A stretch of DNA of 60,613 nt from Nitrospinota bacterium (GTDB lineage: Bacteria > UBA8248), in NCBI GenBank assembly GCA_026706735.1, contig JAPOYD010000087.1:1-60613 (forward strand), written 5' to 3'. The notes beneath the pieces were generated by a model. The model saw only the letters and a program-made list of their open reading frames with translations. It was not told where the DNA came from and ran no database searches. The translations under genes were made by a program, and so were the position numbers. Shown in pieces: positions 1 through 9,814 of this stretch (the first letter of the stretch is position 1; each line of letters opens with the position of its first letter).

Positions 1-471
1 ATCGATCCCCTCGTCGGCCTGGCTCATCCGGCGCGGACCCTCGAACTGGAACGGCTTGGTGACGACGCCCACCGTCAGCACGCCCGCCTCTTTCGCGATT
101 CGCGCGATGACAGGAGCGGCGCCCGTACCCGTGCCGCCGCCCATACCTGCGGTGACGAACACCATCTCGAGGCTGTGCATGAATTCGGAGAGACGCTCGG
201 TGTCCTCCAGGGCGGCTTTCCGGCCGATATCGGGGTTTCCGCCGGCCCCCAGTCCATTCGTCAATTCCTGTCCGAGCTGAATTTTCACGGACGCGAGAGA
301 GCGCTCCAAAACTTGGGCGTCCGTGTTCGCGGCCACGAATTCTACACCTTCCATGCCCGCGGAAATCATGGTGTTGACGGCATTTCCGCCGCCGCCTCCT
401 ACGCCGACGACCGCGATCCTCGCGCTACACGGCGGCTCCTGATCCAGTGTGAAAAACGTCGTATTACTCAT
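1..471 (-). CDS. ftsZ: Cell division protein FtsZ (5' part; runs off window start)
   Basis: Minus-strand ATG at 471 after a G-rich RBS reads [32 protein letters not shown]..., then the tubulin signature [13 protein letters not shown]; directly downstream of ftsA. Confidence 0.96.
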   Translation of the reverse strand, partial: MSNTTFFTLDQEPPCSARIAVVGVGGGGGNAVNTMISAGMEGVEFVAANTDAQVLERSLASVKIQLGQELTNGLGAGGNPDIGRKAALEDTERLSEFMHSLEMVFVTAGMGGGTGTGAAPVIARIAKEAGVLTVGVVTKPFQFEGPRRMSQADEGID

Positions 472-519
472 TGTCCCCCCCCCTTGATCCCGGGAAGCGC
501 CTCACGCCTCCCCTTGCGA

Positions 520-1761
520 TCATTTGAATACACTAGTCAAAACATGGCGGATTTTTTGTGTTGTTTGTCGAATGGGGCCGTGCGACACCCCGTTCGTGAG
601 ACCGCGGCGTCGTGGGGCGCCCGTTTTCATGGCATACATCACGAGGCCCACACCGGTGGAGTACATGGGTCCGTTGACCATATCCACCAGCCCGCTGATG
701 CCGCCGGGAACGCCCAGCCTCACCGGAAGCTGAAGCACGTTCTCGGCCAGTTCGTCGGCGCCCTCGATGATGCTCGCCCCGCCCGTGAGCACCACGCCGG
801 CGGGCAGGAGATCCTCCATGCCGCTTTTTTGTATTTCGCGGCGAATGAGCGTCAAAATCTCCTCCATGCGGGGCTCAATGATCTCGGCGAGCATCTGCCG
901 GCTCAATACGCGCGGCGGGCGACCTCCCACGCTGGGTACCTCGATCTCCTCATCGTTCGATACGCGGGCGGCGAGCGCGCAGCCGTGTTCCTGTTTGATT
1001 CTCTCGGCCTGGTAGTCCGGCGTCCGCAATCCTATCGCCATATCCCGCGTGATGTGGCTGCCGCCCACGGGGATGACGGCCGAATAGTGCAGCGCGCCCC
1101 CGCTGATGACGGCGACGTCCGCCGTGCCGCTCCCGATGTCCACGATGGCTACGCCCAGGTCGCGCTCGTCATCGCTCAGCGCGGCCAGGGAGGAGGCGAA
1201 AGGCTGAAGCACGAGACGCTCGACGCTCAAGCCCGCCCTCTCGACGCTGCGGGTGATGTTCTGAATCGCGGGAATCGCGCCCGTCACGACGTGCACCTTG
1301 CACTCCAGGCGAACGCCCGCCATTCCCGCGGGTTCGGTGACGCCCTCCTGATCGTCGACGATATACTCTTGCGGCAACACATGAATGATTTCGTGATCCG
1401 TCGGCATCGTGACCGCGCGCGCCTGCTCGACGACGCGATCGATATCCTCTTGCGTCACAATCTTGTTCTTGATGGCCACGATACCGTTGGTGTTGAAGCT
1501 GCGGATGTGTCCCCCCGCCACGCCGACGAATGCGGACCGAATGGGCGAGCCGCTGATGAACTCCGCTTCTCCCACCGCCGTTTGAACCGACTCCACCGTC
1601 TGATCGATGTTCACCACCGAGCCCCGGTTGAGCCCTTTCGAAGCGGTTTTTCCCAAACCTACGATTTCAAGGGAACCGTCGTCGTTCACCTCGGCCACGA
1701 CCACGCAGATTTTCGAGGTGCCGATGTCCAGACCCACCAGCACGTCGCCATGTTTGCTCAT
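520..1761 (-). CDS. ftsA: Cell division protein FtsA
   Basis: VGLDIGTSK, VDIGSGT and VVLTGG actin-like ATPase motifs; dcw position. Confidence 0.97.
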   Translation of the reverse strand: MSKHGDVLVGLDIGTSKICVVVAEVNDDGSLEIVGLGKTASKGLNRGSVVNIDQTVESVQTAVGEAEFISGSPIRSAFVGVAGGHIRSFNTNGIVAIKNKIVTQEDIDRVVEQARAVTMPTDHEIIHVLPQEYIVDDQEGVTEPAGMAGVRLECKVHVVTGAIPAIQNITRSVERAGLSVERLVLQPFASSLAALSDDERDLGVAIVDIGSGTADVAVISGGALHYSAVIPVGGSHITRDMAIGLRTPDYQAERIKQEHGCALAARVSNDEEIEVPSVGGRPPRVLSRQMLAEIIEPRMEEILTLIRREIQKSGMEDLLPAGVVLTGGASIIEGADELAENVLQLPVRLGVPGGISGLVDMVNGPMYSTGVGLVMYAMKTGAPRRRGLTNGVSHGPIRQTTQKIRHVLTSVFK

Positions 1762-2672
1762 CCTGTCCTCCTTCCATCCTTTGCGAGCGGCCGAACGATA
1801 ACCCTGCCGGGAAATCTCAGATCGAACTGGAGTCCGCCCGCTCCGGATTTCTTCTTCCGGAGAACGTCATCCGCAACGGCCCGGAGCCGACCGGCCTGAC
1901 GCTCCATTCTCTCTTCACTGACCATAAGTTCCACTTTTCCCCCCAAGGCGCGAAGCCGGAGTTGACCCGATCCGGTGTTCTGGACGGAAATGCACTCGCC
2001 GCGAATCACCGGTGAATCCTGGAATAGAAAGACCGCCTCCATGGAACGCGCCAGACGCGGGTCGCGCACAACGTCGCCAGCCCTCAGACGCCGCGATTCG
2101 AATCCCTCGACCATGGGCAGGCATCCCGCAAGCGGCGTCACGGATTTTCCGAGAACAACGCCATTCTCATCCACCACGAGTGTTTCAGCGCTCATGATGA
2201 GTGCTGCGGGTTTGCGCTCGAGAACCTCGACCTGAAGAAAATGGGGCGGACGCATGTGTACGCTGGCACGTTTGATCCACGGATGAGAGGCCACTCGCGC
2301 ACGTACGGCAGCCAGATCGGCGTCGAATATGTTCGTTCCCGGCTCGACTCCCACGAGTTTTCTGATATCTCCGGCCCGAAGCGCCCGGTGTCCCATCACC
2401 ACCACCTTGCTCAACTCGAAATGGCTGCTGCTCTTCGCCCACCGGACCGCGTGTCCGCCCAGGAGAAGCACTTCCACGAAGACCAAAAAACCGATTGCCG
2501 GCCATATCCAGCTTGCGCCGGCTCTCTTTTTGCCATTTCGCCTGACGCTTTTTTTCCCATCCCGCTTGACCCTTTTTCTGACGACCCTGGGATATTCGGC
2601 CGTCTGGGCGAGATTCAGGAAAACTTCCCGGCTCTTGACCTTCCCCCTCCATTTGAAAGATAGACGCCTCAC
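1758..2672 (-). CDS. ftsQ: Cell division protein FtsQ/DivIB
   Basis: Basic N-tail, single TM segment (WIWPAIGFLVFVEVLLLGG), POTRA-like HPWIKRASV...VEVLERKP, C-terminal DLRF; lies between murB and ftsA. Start uncertain. Confidence 0.88.
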   Translation of the reverse strand: MRRLSFKWRGKVKSREVFLNLAQTAEYPRVVRKRVKRDGKKSVRRNGKKRAGASWIWPAIGFLVFVEVLLLGGHAVRWAKSSSHFELSKVVVMGHRALRAGDIRKLVGVEPGTNIFDADLAAVRARVASHPWIKRASVHMRPPHFLQVEVLERKPAALIMSAETLVVDENGVVLGKSVTPLAGCLPMVEGFESRRLRAGDVVRDPRLARSMEAVFLFQDSPVIRGECISVQNTGSGQLRLRALGGKVELMVSEERMERQAGRLRAVADDVLRKKKSGAGGLQFDLRFPGRVIVRPLAKDGRRTG

Positions 2673-3622
2673 GCCGGGTCCTCCCCGATGACGTTCAACT
2701 CCAGGGTCAACTCGATACCCTTTTGCTCCAGAATCGTTCTTTTCACTTCGCCGATGAGCGCCAGAACATCCGCCGCCGTGGCGCCGCCGAGATTCACCAT
2801 GAAATTCCCGTGTACCTCGCTCACCTGCGCGCCGCCGACCCGCATCCCCTTGAGGCCCGCCGATTCGATGAGCACGCCCGCGCGCTCGCCGGGCGGATTC
2901 TTGAATATGGAACCCGCGCAGGGCACCCCCCAGGGCTGACGCTCCCGCCTTTGCACGGCGCTTCGCCTCAATTGCTCCCGCAGCTCACCGGCGTCCGCCG
3001 GCCGGAGCGAGAAGCGAACGGCCAAAACCACGCCCGGGGCGGGCAACTCGGCGCGCCGGTATGAGAAACGCAAGTCCTTCGCGGGGAGCCGCTCGGGAGC
3101 GCCCCCGTCCAGAGGCACCCAGCGAACGCTCTCCACGGCGTCTTCGATGTATGATTCGGCGGTTCCTGCGTTCATGGCCAAGGCGCCTCCCACGGTGCCG
3201 GGAACCCCCGCGAGACATTCGGTTCCCGCCCAGCCGCGCTCGGCGGCGAAGCGCACCAGCGCGGGAATCTTCTCCCCAGCTCGCGCTTCGAGCAGCACGC
3301 GCTCCGCGCTCTGCTCAACCACTTCGATTCCCCTGAAAGCCTTCGGAAAAGCGACCACCACCCCACGAACGCCCCCGTCGCGCACCAGGGTGTTGGCGCC
3401 GCCGCCCAGAACCGTGACCGCCAACGCCTCGCTCCGGCATCTTTCGAGCAACTCCACGAGTTCGTCTTCCGTCTCGGGCAGCGCGAGGGCGTCCGCCGGG
3501 CCGCCCACCTGAAACGTGGTGTATGCGGCCAGCATTTCATCGAAAAGAATCTCGCAATCGAGATCCCTGAGCTTTTCCGCCATCTCCAGCGCCATGACTT
3601 CCTCCATGGACCCGATGCTCAT
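2669..3622 (-). CDS. murB: UDP-N-acetylenolpyruvoylglucosamine reductase
   Basis: TTFQVGGPAD, GVPGTVGGALAMNAG, AGSIFKNP, VSEVHGNF motifs. Start is ATG 3622 (overlapping the murC stop) or ATG 3595 (GGAGG RBS); the upstream part of the 438-aa ORF overlaps murC and is not coding for MurB. Confidence 0.94.
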   Translation of the reverse strand: MSIGSMEEVMALEMAEKLRDLDCEILFDEMLAAYTTFQVGGPADALALPETEDELVELLERCRSEALAVTVLGGGANTLVRDGGVRGVVVAFPKAFRGIEVVEQSAERVLLEARAGEKIPALVRFAAERGWAGTECLAGVPGTVGGALAMNAGTAESYIEDAVESVRWVPLDGGAPERLPAKDLRFSYRRAELPAPGVVLAVRFSLRPADAGELREQLRRSAVQRRERQPWGVPCAGSIFKNPPGERAGVLIESAGLKGMRVGGAQVSEVHGNFMVNLGGATAADVLALIGEVKRTILEQKGIELTLELNVIGEDPA

Positions 3623-5049
3623 ACCGCTTCCTCTGATTCGCCTTCTCCGGGCTCGAGTCTTCCGAGCAGCTCCCGGCCCGCCATCCAGACGTCGCCCGCG
3701 CCCAGCGTGAGAACGATGTCGCCGCTCCTCGCCTCCTCGAACAGGCGTTTCGAAGCATCCTCCAGGCCTTCCACCGCATCGCAGCTCCTGTGGCCATGCG
3801 CCCCGATCCCCTCGGCGAGTTTTTCTGCACTCACGCCCTCGATTGGCGCCTCGCCTGCGGCGTATATGGGCGCGACGAGCACCCTGTCGGCATCGTAAAA
3901 AGAGGTGAAGAAGGCTTCTTCGAGATGATGCGTTCTCGTGTAGCGGTGCGGCTGGAACAAGACCACCAGACGGTTCTCCGGCCATGCCTCGCGAACGGCC
4001 CGGAGCGTGACCTTGATCTCCTGTGGATGATGTCCGTAGTCATCGAAAACCGTGACGCCCGACGCCTCGCCGACCCGCTCGAGGCGGCGCCCGATGCCGT
4101 CGAACTCGTGGAGTCCTCTTTGAATGTCCGCGAACGAGACGTCGAGTTCCATCGAGACGGCGGCGGCGGCCAGGGCGTTGTCCGCGTTGTGGCGGCCGGG
4201 CATGAGGAGGTGAATATCGCCGAGGCGCTCTCCACCTCGTTTGACGCCGAAGACCGTCTCGCCGTTTTCGTAGCGAAACTCCTCGCCCACGTAATCCGCC
4301 TGTGTGCCGAACCCATAGGTGAAATACTGCTTCTCCACGTGGGGAATAATCTCCTGAACCGCGGGATGATCCAGGCACAAGACCGAAAAACCGTAGAAGG
4401 GCACCTTGTTCACGAACTCCAGGAACGCGGTCTTGATGGCGTCGTAATTCTCATAGAAATCCAGATGCTCCTCGTCGATGTTCGTGACGACCGCTATGGT
4501 GGGGGTGAGCCTCAGGAACGTGCCGTCGCTCTCATCGGCCTCCGCCACCAGATACTCGCCCTCGCCCATTCGCGCATTCGAACCCAGGGCGTTGATGCGT
4601 CCGCCCACGACGACCGTGGGGTCGAGGCCGCCTGCCGCCATGGCGGCCGCGATGAACGACGTGGTGGTCGTCTTGCCGTGCGTTCCCGCAACGCCGATGC
4701 TGTATTTCATCCGCATGAGTTCGGACAGCATCTCCGCGCGCTTGATGACGGGGATTTTCCGCCGCCGCGCTTCGGCGACTTCCACGTTGTCGCCCGTAAC
4801 TGCCGAGCTGTAGACCAGAACGTCCACTCCCGCCACGTTTTCCTTCCTGTGTCCGAGAACCACCTTCGCGCCCAGGCCGCGAAGCCTGAATATCGCCTCG
4901 TTGCTCGCGATGTCCGAGCCGCTGATCTCATAGCCCAGATTCAGCAAAACCTCGGCGATGCCGCACATGCCCGTCCCGCCGATGCCCACGAAATGAACGC
5001 GGCTCGAGTGCCTGAACATGGCGTGCGTGGCGTATGGTCGCGCTATCAC
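3619..5049 (-). CDS. murC: UDP-N-acetylmuramate--L-alanine ligase
   Basis: HFVGIGGTGM, GTHGKTTT, EADESDGTF, DDYGHHP, FQPHRYTRT; start may be ATG 5019. Confidence 0.97.
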   Translation of the reverse strand: MIARPYATHAMFRHSSRVHFVGIGGTGMCGIAEVLLNLGYEISGSDIASNEAIFRLRGLGAKVVLGHRKENVAGVDVLVYSSAVTGDNVEVAEARRRKIPVIKRAEMLSELMRMKYSIGVAGTHGKTTTTSFIAAAMAAGGLDPTVVVGGRINALGSNARMGEGEYLVAEADESDGTFLRLTPTIAVVTNIDEEHLDFYENYDAIKTAFLEFVNKVPFYGFSVLCLDHPAVQEIIPHVEKQYFTYGFGTQADYVGEEFRYENGETVFGVKRGGERLGDIHLLMPGRHNADNALAAAAVSMELDVSFADIQRGLHEFDGIGRRLERVGEASGVTVFDDYGHHPQEIKVTLRAVREAWPENRLVVLFQPHRYTRTHHLEEAFFTSFYDADRVLVAPIYAAGEAPIEGVSAEKLAEGIGAHGHRSCDAVEGLEDASKRLFEEARSGDIVLTLGAGDVWMAGRELLGRLEPGEGESEEAV

Positions 5050-5068
5050 TCCCGGGCTCCTTTCCTCA

Positions 5069-6154
5069 TCACGCCGCCATCGCCTGCTGGCGGCACAAGG
5101 CGGCCACTGCTTCGGAAGCGTTCGTGCGGGCCAGGGATTTCGTGCGCTCCGACATGGAGACGAGCTTTTCCCGCTCCGCCTCGTATTCGAGCCAGATATC
5201 CGCCAGGACCCGGCCGCTCAGGTCTTCCTGAAGTATCATCCGCGCCGCCTCGCGCTCCGCGAGATAGCGGGCATTCGCCTCCTGATGCCCATGGGTGGCG
5301 CTTGGAAACGGAATCAATACGGCCGGGAGTGACATCGCGGACAATTCCGCCACGCTCATCGCTCCGGCGCGCGAGAAGCACACCTGCGCCCATCGGTAGC
5401 GCTCCGCCATGTCGTACAGATAAGGCGCCACGTCCGCTTGCGCGCCGACTTCCTGATAGGCCGCCTGCACGCGGGGGAAATCCGCCTCTCCCGTCTGATG
5501 GACGAACCGCATTCTCGCGAGCGCATCGCCCATCAGGGGCAGCGCCTCCATCACCGCCTCGTTGATGGCACGCGCCCCTTGGCTCCCGCCGAATATGAGC
5601 ACCTTCAAAGGCCCGCTCCAGGAATCCTCGCCGCGCTCGAAACTTTCTGAAAACTCGCTCCTGAGCGGCAGGCCCGTCTCGACGATTTTCCCGCGAGCGA
5701 AGCCGGCATCGCGCACGGGCAGGCCCACGGCGACCTTCGAAGCAAAGCGGGACAGCAAGCGGTTCGCGACACCGGGAACGACGTTTTGCTCGATCAGGAC
5801 AATCGGCTTTCTCCAAAGCCCCGCCGCCGCGACGGATGGAACGCTCGAATACCCGCCGACCCCCAAAACGACGTGGGGGCGAAAGCGCCTCAGAATTCCC
5901 ATCGCCTGGCCGAATCCATAACTCACCATGGCCATCGCCTTTGCCCTCTGGCCCACCGAACGCCCCAGAACGCCTGCGGAGGAAATCGCCTGAAACGGCA
6001 GGTCCTCGCGCGGCAGCACCCTGGCCTCGATCCCACGGGCGGTGCCCACGAACAAGACCTCGTTCGCCTCGCCGTCCGCCAGCCAGGCCCTGGCCACCGC
6101 AATTCCCGGGTAGAGGTGTCCGCCCGTGCCGCCGCCCGCAACGAGGAGCCTCAT
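5069..6154 (-). CDS. murG: Undecaprenyl-PP-MurNAc-pentapeptide GlcNAc transferase
   Basis: GGGTGGHLYPG, GGY, EQN, GGSQGA, HQEANA motifs; ATG 6154 overlaps the ftsW stop. Confidence 0.97.
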   Translation of the reverse strand: MRLLVAGGGTGGHLYPGIAVARAWLADGEANEVLFVGTARGIEARVLPREDLPFQAISSAGVLGRSVGQRAKAMAMVSYGFGQAMGILRRFRPHVVLGVGGYSSVPSVAAAGLWRKPIVLIEQNVVPGVANRLLSRFASKVAVGLPVRDAGFARGKIVETGLPLRSEFSESFERGEDSWSGPLKVLIFGGSQGARAINEAVMEALPLMGDALARMRFVHQTGEADFPRVQAAYQEVGAQADVAPYLYDMAERYRWAQVCFSRAGAMSVAELSAMSLPAVLIPFPSATHGHQEANARYLAEREAARMILQEDLSGRVLADIWLEYEAEREKLVSMSERTKSLARTNASEAVAALCRQQAMAA

Positions 6155-7338
6155 GAGCTCGCCCTCCTGCGGAGGATCGGCTTGCGCGTACGCGAAATCC
6201 ACCCGATTGCCGCGTCGAGCGGACTCCCCGGCCCGGGCTGCCTCGGTGCGTGATTCGATGATTCGATGGAAATCAACACTCCCAGAGCGATGAGCGTGAA
6301 CACCAGAGACGACCCGCCCAGGCTGATCAGGGGCAGCGGGATGCCGGTGGTGGGCAGAAGACCCGTCGCCACCGCCATGTTCAGGAAACCCTGCGCGGTG
6401 ACCAGAAACGTCACGCCCGCCGCCAGGAGGGCGCTGAAGTTATCTTCGCAGCGGGCGGCTATCTGAAAACCGCGCCAAAGCAAGACCACGAACGCCGCCG
6501 CGACGCACAAGGCGCCGATGAGCCCCAACTCCTCGCCAACGACCGCGTAGATGAAATCCGTGTGGGGTTCGGGCAAATAGAAGAGTTTTTGTTTTCCCTC
6601 GCCCAGCCCGAGCCCCGGGAGGCCGCCTCGCGCGATGGCCAGCAGCGACTGAATGAGCTGATAGCCTGCGCCCTTCGCCGCGGCGAAGGGATCCCAGAAA
6701 GCGAGTATCCGCTTCATGCGCCATGGCGCGAACACCACCATGCCCACCAGGACGAACCCCGTCGCGAGCGCGCAAACGCCCAGGTGGGACAGCCGCGCGC
6801 CCGCCAGATACAACAAAACGCCGACGACCGCGGCGGTCATGGCGGCCGTGCCTAGATCGGGTTGAATCAGCATGAGAGCCAGAATGATTCCCGCGAACCC
6901 GACCGGCGGGAGAAAACCGTAAAGCCAATGATTCAAGCGCTCGCCCTTGAGCGCCAGGAAATGCGCGAGAAAAATCACCAATCCCACCTTTGCGGCTTCG
7001 GCCGGCTGAAAGGAGACGGGGCCCAGCATCAGCCACCTGCGCGCGCCGCCCGCTTCTTTTCCGATGCCCGGCGCAAACACCATCAAAAGCGCGAAGACGG
7101 AAGCGAACATCAATGGATATGCCATTTTGCGGAGGAGGCGGGGGTCCGTTTGGGAAATGACCAACATGCAGGCGAACCCGAGAATCGCCCATAAAACATG
7201 GCGTTTCACGAAGTAGAACGCATCGCCGTACCTGTCCAGCGCCAGGATGTGGCTCGCGCTGAACACCATGACGACGCCGAAAGCCACCAGCCCCAGCGAG
7301 ACGAAAAAGATGACGGGGTCGATACGTTTGTGGATCAT
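6151..7338 (-). CDS. ftsW: SEDS peptidoglycan glycosyltransferase FtsW
   Basis: GARRW, FQPAE, QPDLGT, YLPEPHTDFI, PTTGIPLPLISLGGSS; multiple TM helices. Confidence 0.96.
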   Translation of the reverse strand: MIHKRIDPVIFFVSLGLVAFGVVMVFSASHILALDRYGDAFYFVKRHVLWAILGFACMLVISQTDPRLLRKMAYPLMFASVFALLMVFAPGIGKEAGGARRWLMLGPVSFQPAEAAKVGLVIFLAHFLALKGERLNHWLYGFLPPVGFAGIILALMLIQPDLGTAAMTAAVVGVLLYLAGARLSHLGVCALATGFVLVGMVVFAPWRMKRILAFWDPFAAAKGAGYQLIQSLLAIARGGLPGLGLGEGKQKLFYLPEPHTDFIYAVVGEELGLIGALCVAAAFVVLLWRGFQIAARCEDNFSALLAAGVTFLVTAQGFLNMAVATGLLPTTGIPLPLISLGGSSLVFTLIALGVLISIESSNHAPRQPGPGSPLDAAIGWISRTRKPILRRRASS

Positions 7339-8732
7339 GTTTCCTCCCTCCCCGTCAATCCCTGCGCCATCTCGCGAAACTCATCGCCCCGGTGGGCGTA
7401 ATCGCGAAACTGATCGAAGCTCGAACAAGCGGGCGAGAGAAGAACCGTATCGCCCTCCCGCGCTTCCTCGTGCGCGATGCGAACGGCTTCGTCCAGCGTA
7501 TTCGCGTAGACGATCGGCGCACATCCATCGAAAAAACGGCCAAAGCGCTCCGCCGCCTCGCCGATCAGAATCATGCGCCGGACCTTCTTCTCCACCCAGG
7601 CGCGCAAGGGCGCCAGGTCGCTCCCCTTGTCCACGCCACCGGCGATGAGGAGCACATCTCCCGCCACACTCTCCAGGCTCATCGCCGTGGCGCCCACGTT
7701 CGTCCCCTTCGAATCGTTCACCCAGCGGACGCCACCCCTCTCGCCGACAACCTCCATGCGGTGAGGCAGCCCCTCGAAGCTGCGCGCCACGCGCGCCATC
7801 GCCGCGGCACCCGCACCCAGAAAATGCGCCGCCGCGCATGCGGCCAGAAAATTCTCCAGGTTGTGGAGGCCGGGGATCAGGAGCTCGTCCGCGCTGCAAA
7901 CGCGGGCGGATCCGGCCTCTTCGGCCAAAAACACATCGCCGCTCTCGAGATAGGCGCCCCGGCGCACCCGCCCTTTCCGGCTGAACGCCAGGACGCTCTG
8001 CGGGCCGGGGGTCATGTAGCGCGCCGTCAGCGGATCGTCGGCGTTCAGGATTTTCGCGTCCCCCTCCCCCTGGTTGGCGAACAGCCTCGCCTTGATGTCC
8101 GCGTACTCATCGATATCGGGATGCCTGTCCAGATGGTCGGGCGTCACGTTGGTCATCACGCCCGCTTTCGGCTTGATCGTGGGCGCCCATTCGAGTTGAA
8201 AGCTGCTCACCTCGCCGACGATGAAATCGGCTTCATCGCCCTCCGCCTCCACCACCTCGACGAGCGCTCTTCCGATGTTTCCGCCCACTGGCGCGCGAAA
8301 ACCGCTTTCTTCCAGAATCCGACCAAGCATCGTAGTGACCGTCGTCTTCCCGTTCGTTCCGGTGACGGCGGCGATGGGCGCGGAACAAAGCCGGCAGGCG
8401 AGTTCCACCTCGCCGATCACTTCGGCGCCCGACGCCCTCGCCAGCGCGATGTAGCGATTCGTCGCCGGAATCCCGGGACTCACCACCAGCAGGTCGCATT
8501 CCTCGAAACGCGCCTCCCGGTGGCCGCCGAGTTCGAGCACCACGCCCGGGGGCAGGCGCTCACCCAGACCCGGGACCTCTTCCAGATCCGTGGCCACCAC
8601 TTTCGCGCCCAGGCGCGCCAGCGCCCCCGCGGCGGCAATCCCGCTCCTCGCCATTCCCATGACGAGCGCCCGCCGCTCAGGCAGCGCTTCTATCCACGCC
8701 GTAGCCTTGTTGTCCAAAGCAAGAGTCCTCAT
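7335..8732 (-). CDS. murD: UDP-MurNAc-L-Ala--D-glutamate ligase
   Basis: GMARSG, VVSPG, TGTNGKTT, EVSSFQL, DHLDRH, NDSKGTN, LLSPACSSFDQF; ATG 8732 overlaps the mraY stop. Confidence 0.96.
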   Translation of the reverse strand: MRTLALDNKATAWIEALPERRALVMGMARSGIAAAGALARLGAKVVATDLEEVPGLGERLPPGVVLELGGHREARFEECDLLVVSPGIPATNRYIALARASGAEVIGEVELACRLCSAPIAAVTGTNGKTTVTTMLGRILEESGFRAPVGGNIGRALVEVVEAEGDEADFIVGEVSSFQLEWAPTIKPKAGVMTNVTPDHLDRHPDIDEYADIKARLFANQGEGDAKILNADDPLTARYMTPGPQSVLAFSRKGRVRRGAYLESGDVFLAEEAGSARVCSADELLIPGLHNLENFLAACAAAHFLGAGAAAMARVARSFEGLPHRMEVVGERGGVRWVNDSKGTNVGATAMSLESVAGDVLLIAGGVDKGSDLAPLRAWVEKKVRRMILIGEAAERFGRFFDGCAPIVYANTLDEAVRIAHEEAREGDTVLLSPACSSFDQFRDYAHRGDEFREMAQGLTGREET

Positions 8733-9814
8733 CTCAGCTTCAACGTCGCCAAACTCATCAGGGCCAGCACGACCGCCACTATCCAGAATCGGACCGTCAC
8801 CTTCGGTTCGGACCAACCCTCCTCCTCGAAGTGGTGATGCAGCGGCGCCATTCGGAACACGCGCTGACCGGTAAGCTTGAAGGAGATCACCTGCACGATG
8901 ACCGAGAGCGTCTCGAGGACGAACAGTCCGCCCACCAGGAACAAGAGGAGTTCCTGCTTGATCGACAGCGCCACCGTAGCAAGCAAAGCGCCCAGCGAAA
9001 GGGCGCCCACGTCGCCCATGAAGACCTGCGCCGGATACGCGTTGAACCACAGGAATCCAAGCCCCGCGCCGAACATGGCGCCGCAGACGATGGCCAGCAC
9101 CCCCGCACCCAGAACGTGGAGGATAAGCAGATACTTCGAGATGCCCGCATGGCCCGAAACATAGCTGAAAACGAGATAGGCGCCCGCCGCAATCAGCAGC
9201 GGGCCGATGGCGAGGCCATCGAGACCATCCGTGAGGTTCACGGCGTTGCTCGTCGACACGATGACGAGGGCGGCATAGGGCACGAACCAAATCCCGATGT
9301 CGGGCTGCACGTTCTTGAAAAAGGGAAGCATGACGACAGGCTTGAAATCCATTCCCACCAAACCGCTATAAAGGGCGTACCCCACGGCGAAGCCGATGAT
9401 TCCCTGGGCCAGAAATTTCTTGGCGGGCCGCACCCCGTTTTTATCCTTGAGCATCACTTTCCTGTAGTCATCCCAGAAGCCCAGCAGGCCGTAGGCGAGC
9501 AGCACGAAAAGAGCGAGCCAGATGTAGCCGTTCGCGAGGTCGTTCCACAGCAGAACCGGCAAAGTGACGCACAAGAGGATGAGCAGCCCCCCCATCGTCG
9601 GCGTTCCTTTTTTCGCCATATGACTCCGGGGGCCATCGTCGCGGATGACTTCGCCGATTTGACGATCCTGCAGATAACGAATGAGGCGAGGCCCCAGCAG
9701 CAGCGACATGACGAGGGCGGTGAGTACCGCCATCGCCGTTCTGAACGTGATGAAGCGAAACACGTTGAACGCCGAAATCGTCTGGCTCAAAGAAATGAAA
9801 GCGGAATAAAGCAT
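8729..9814 (-). CDS. mraY: Phospho-N-acetylmuramoyl-pentapeptide transferase
   Basis: KKGTPTMGG, NAVNLTDGLDGLA, FMGDVG, MAPLHHHFE. Confidence 0.98.
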   Translation of the reverse strand: MLYSAFISLSQTISAFNVFRFITFRTAMAVLTALVMSLLLGPRLIRYLQDRQIGEVIRDDGPRSHMAKKGTPTMGGLLILLCVTLPVLLWNDLANGYIWLALFVLLAYGLLGFWDDYRKVMLKDKNGVRPAKKFLAQGIIGFAVGYALYSGLVGMDFKPVVMLPFFKNVQPDIGIWFVPYAALVIVSTSNAVNLTDGLDGLAIGPLLIAAGAYLVFSYVSGHAGISKYLLILHVLGAGVLAIVCGAMFGAGLGFLWFNAYPAQVFMGDVGALSLGALLATVALSIKQELLLFLVGGLFVLETLSVIVQVISFKLTGQRVFRMAPLHHHFEEEGWSEPKVTVRFWIVAVVLALMSLATLKLR

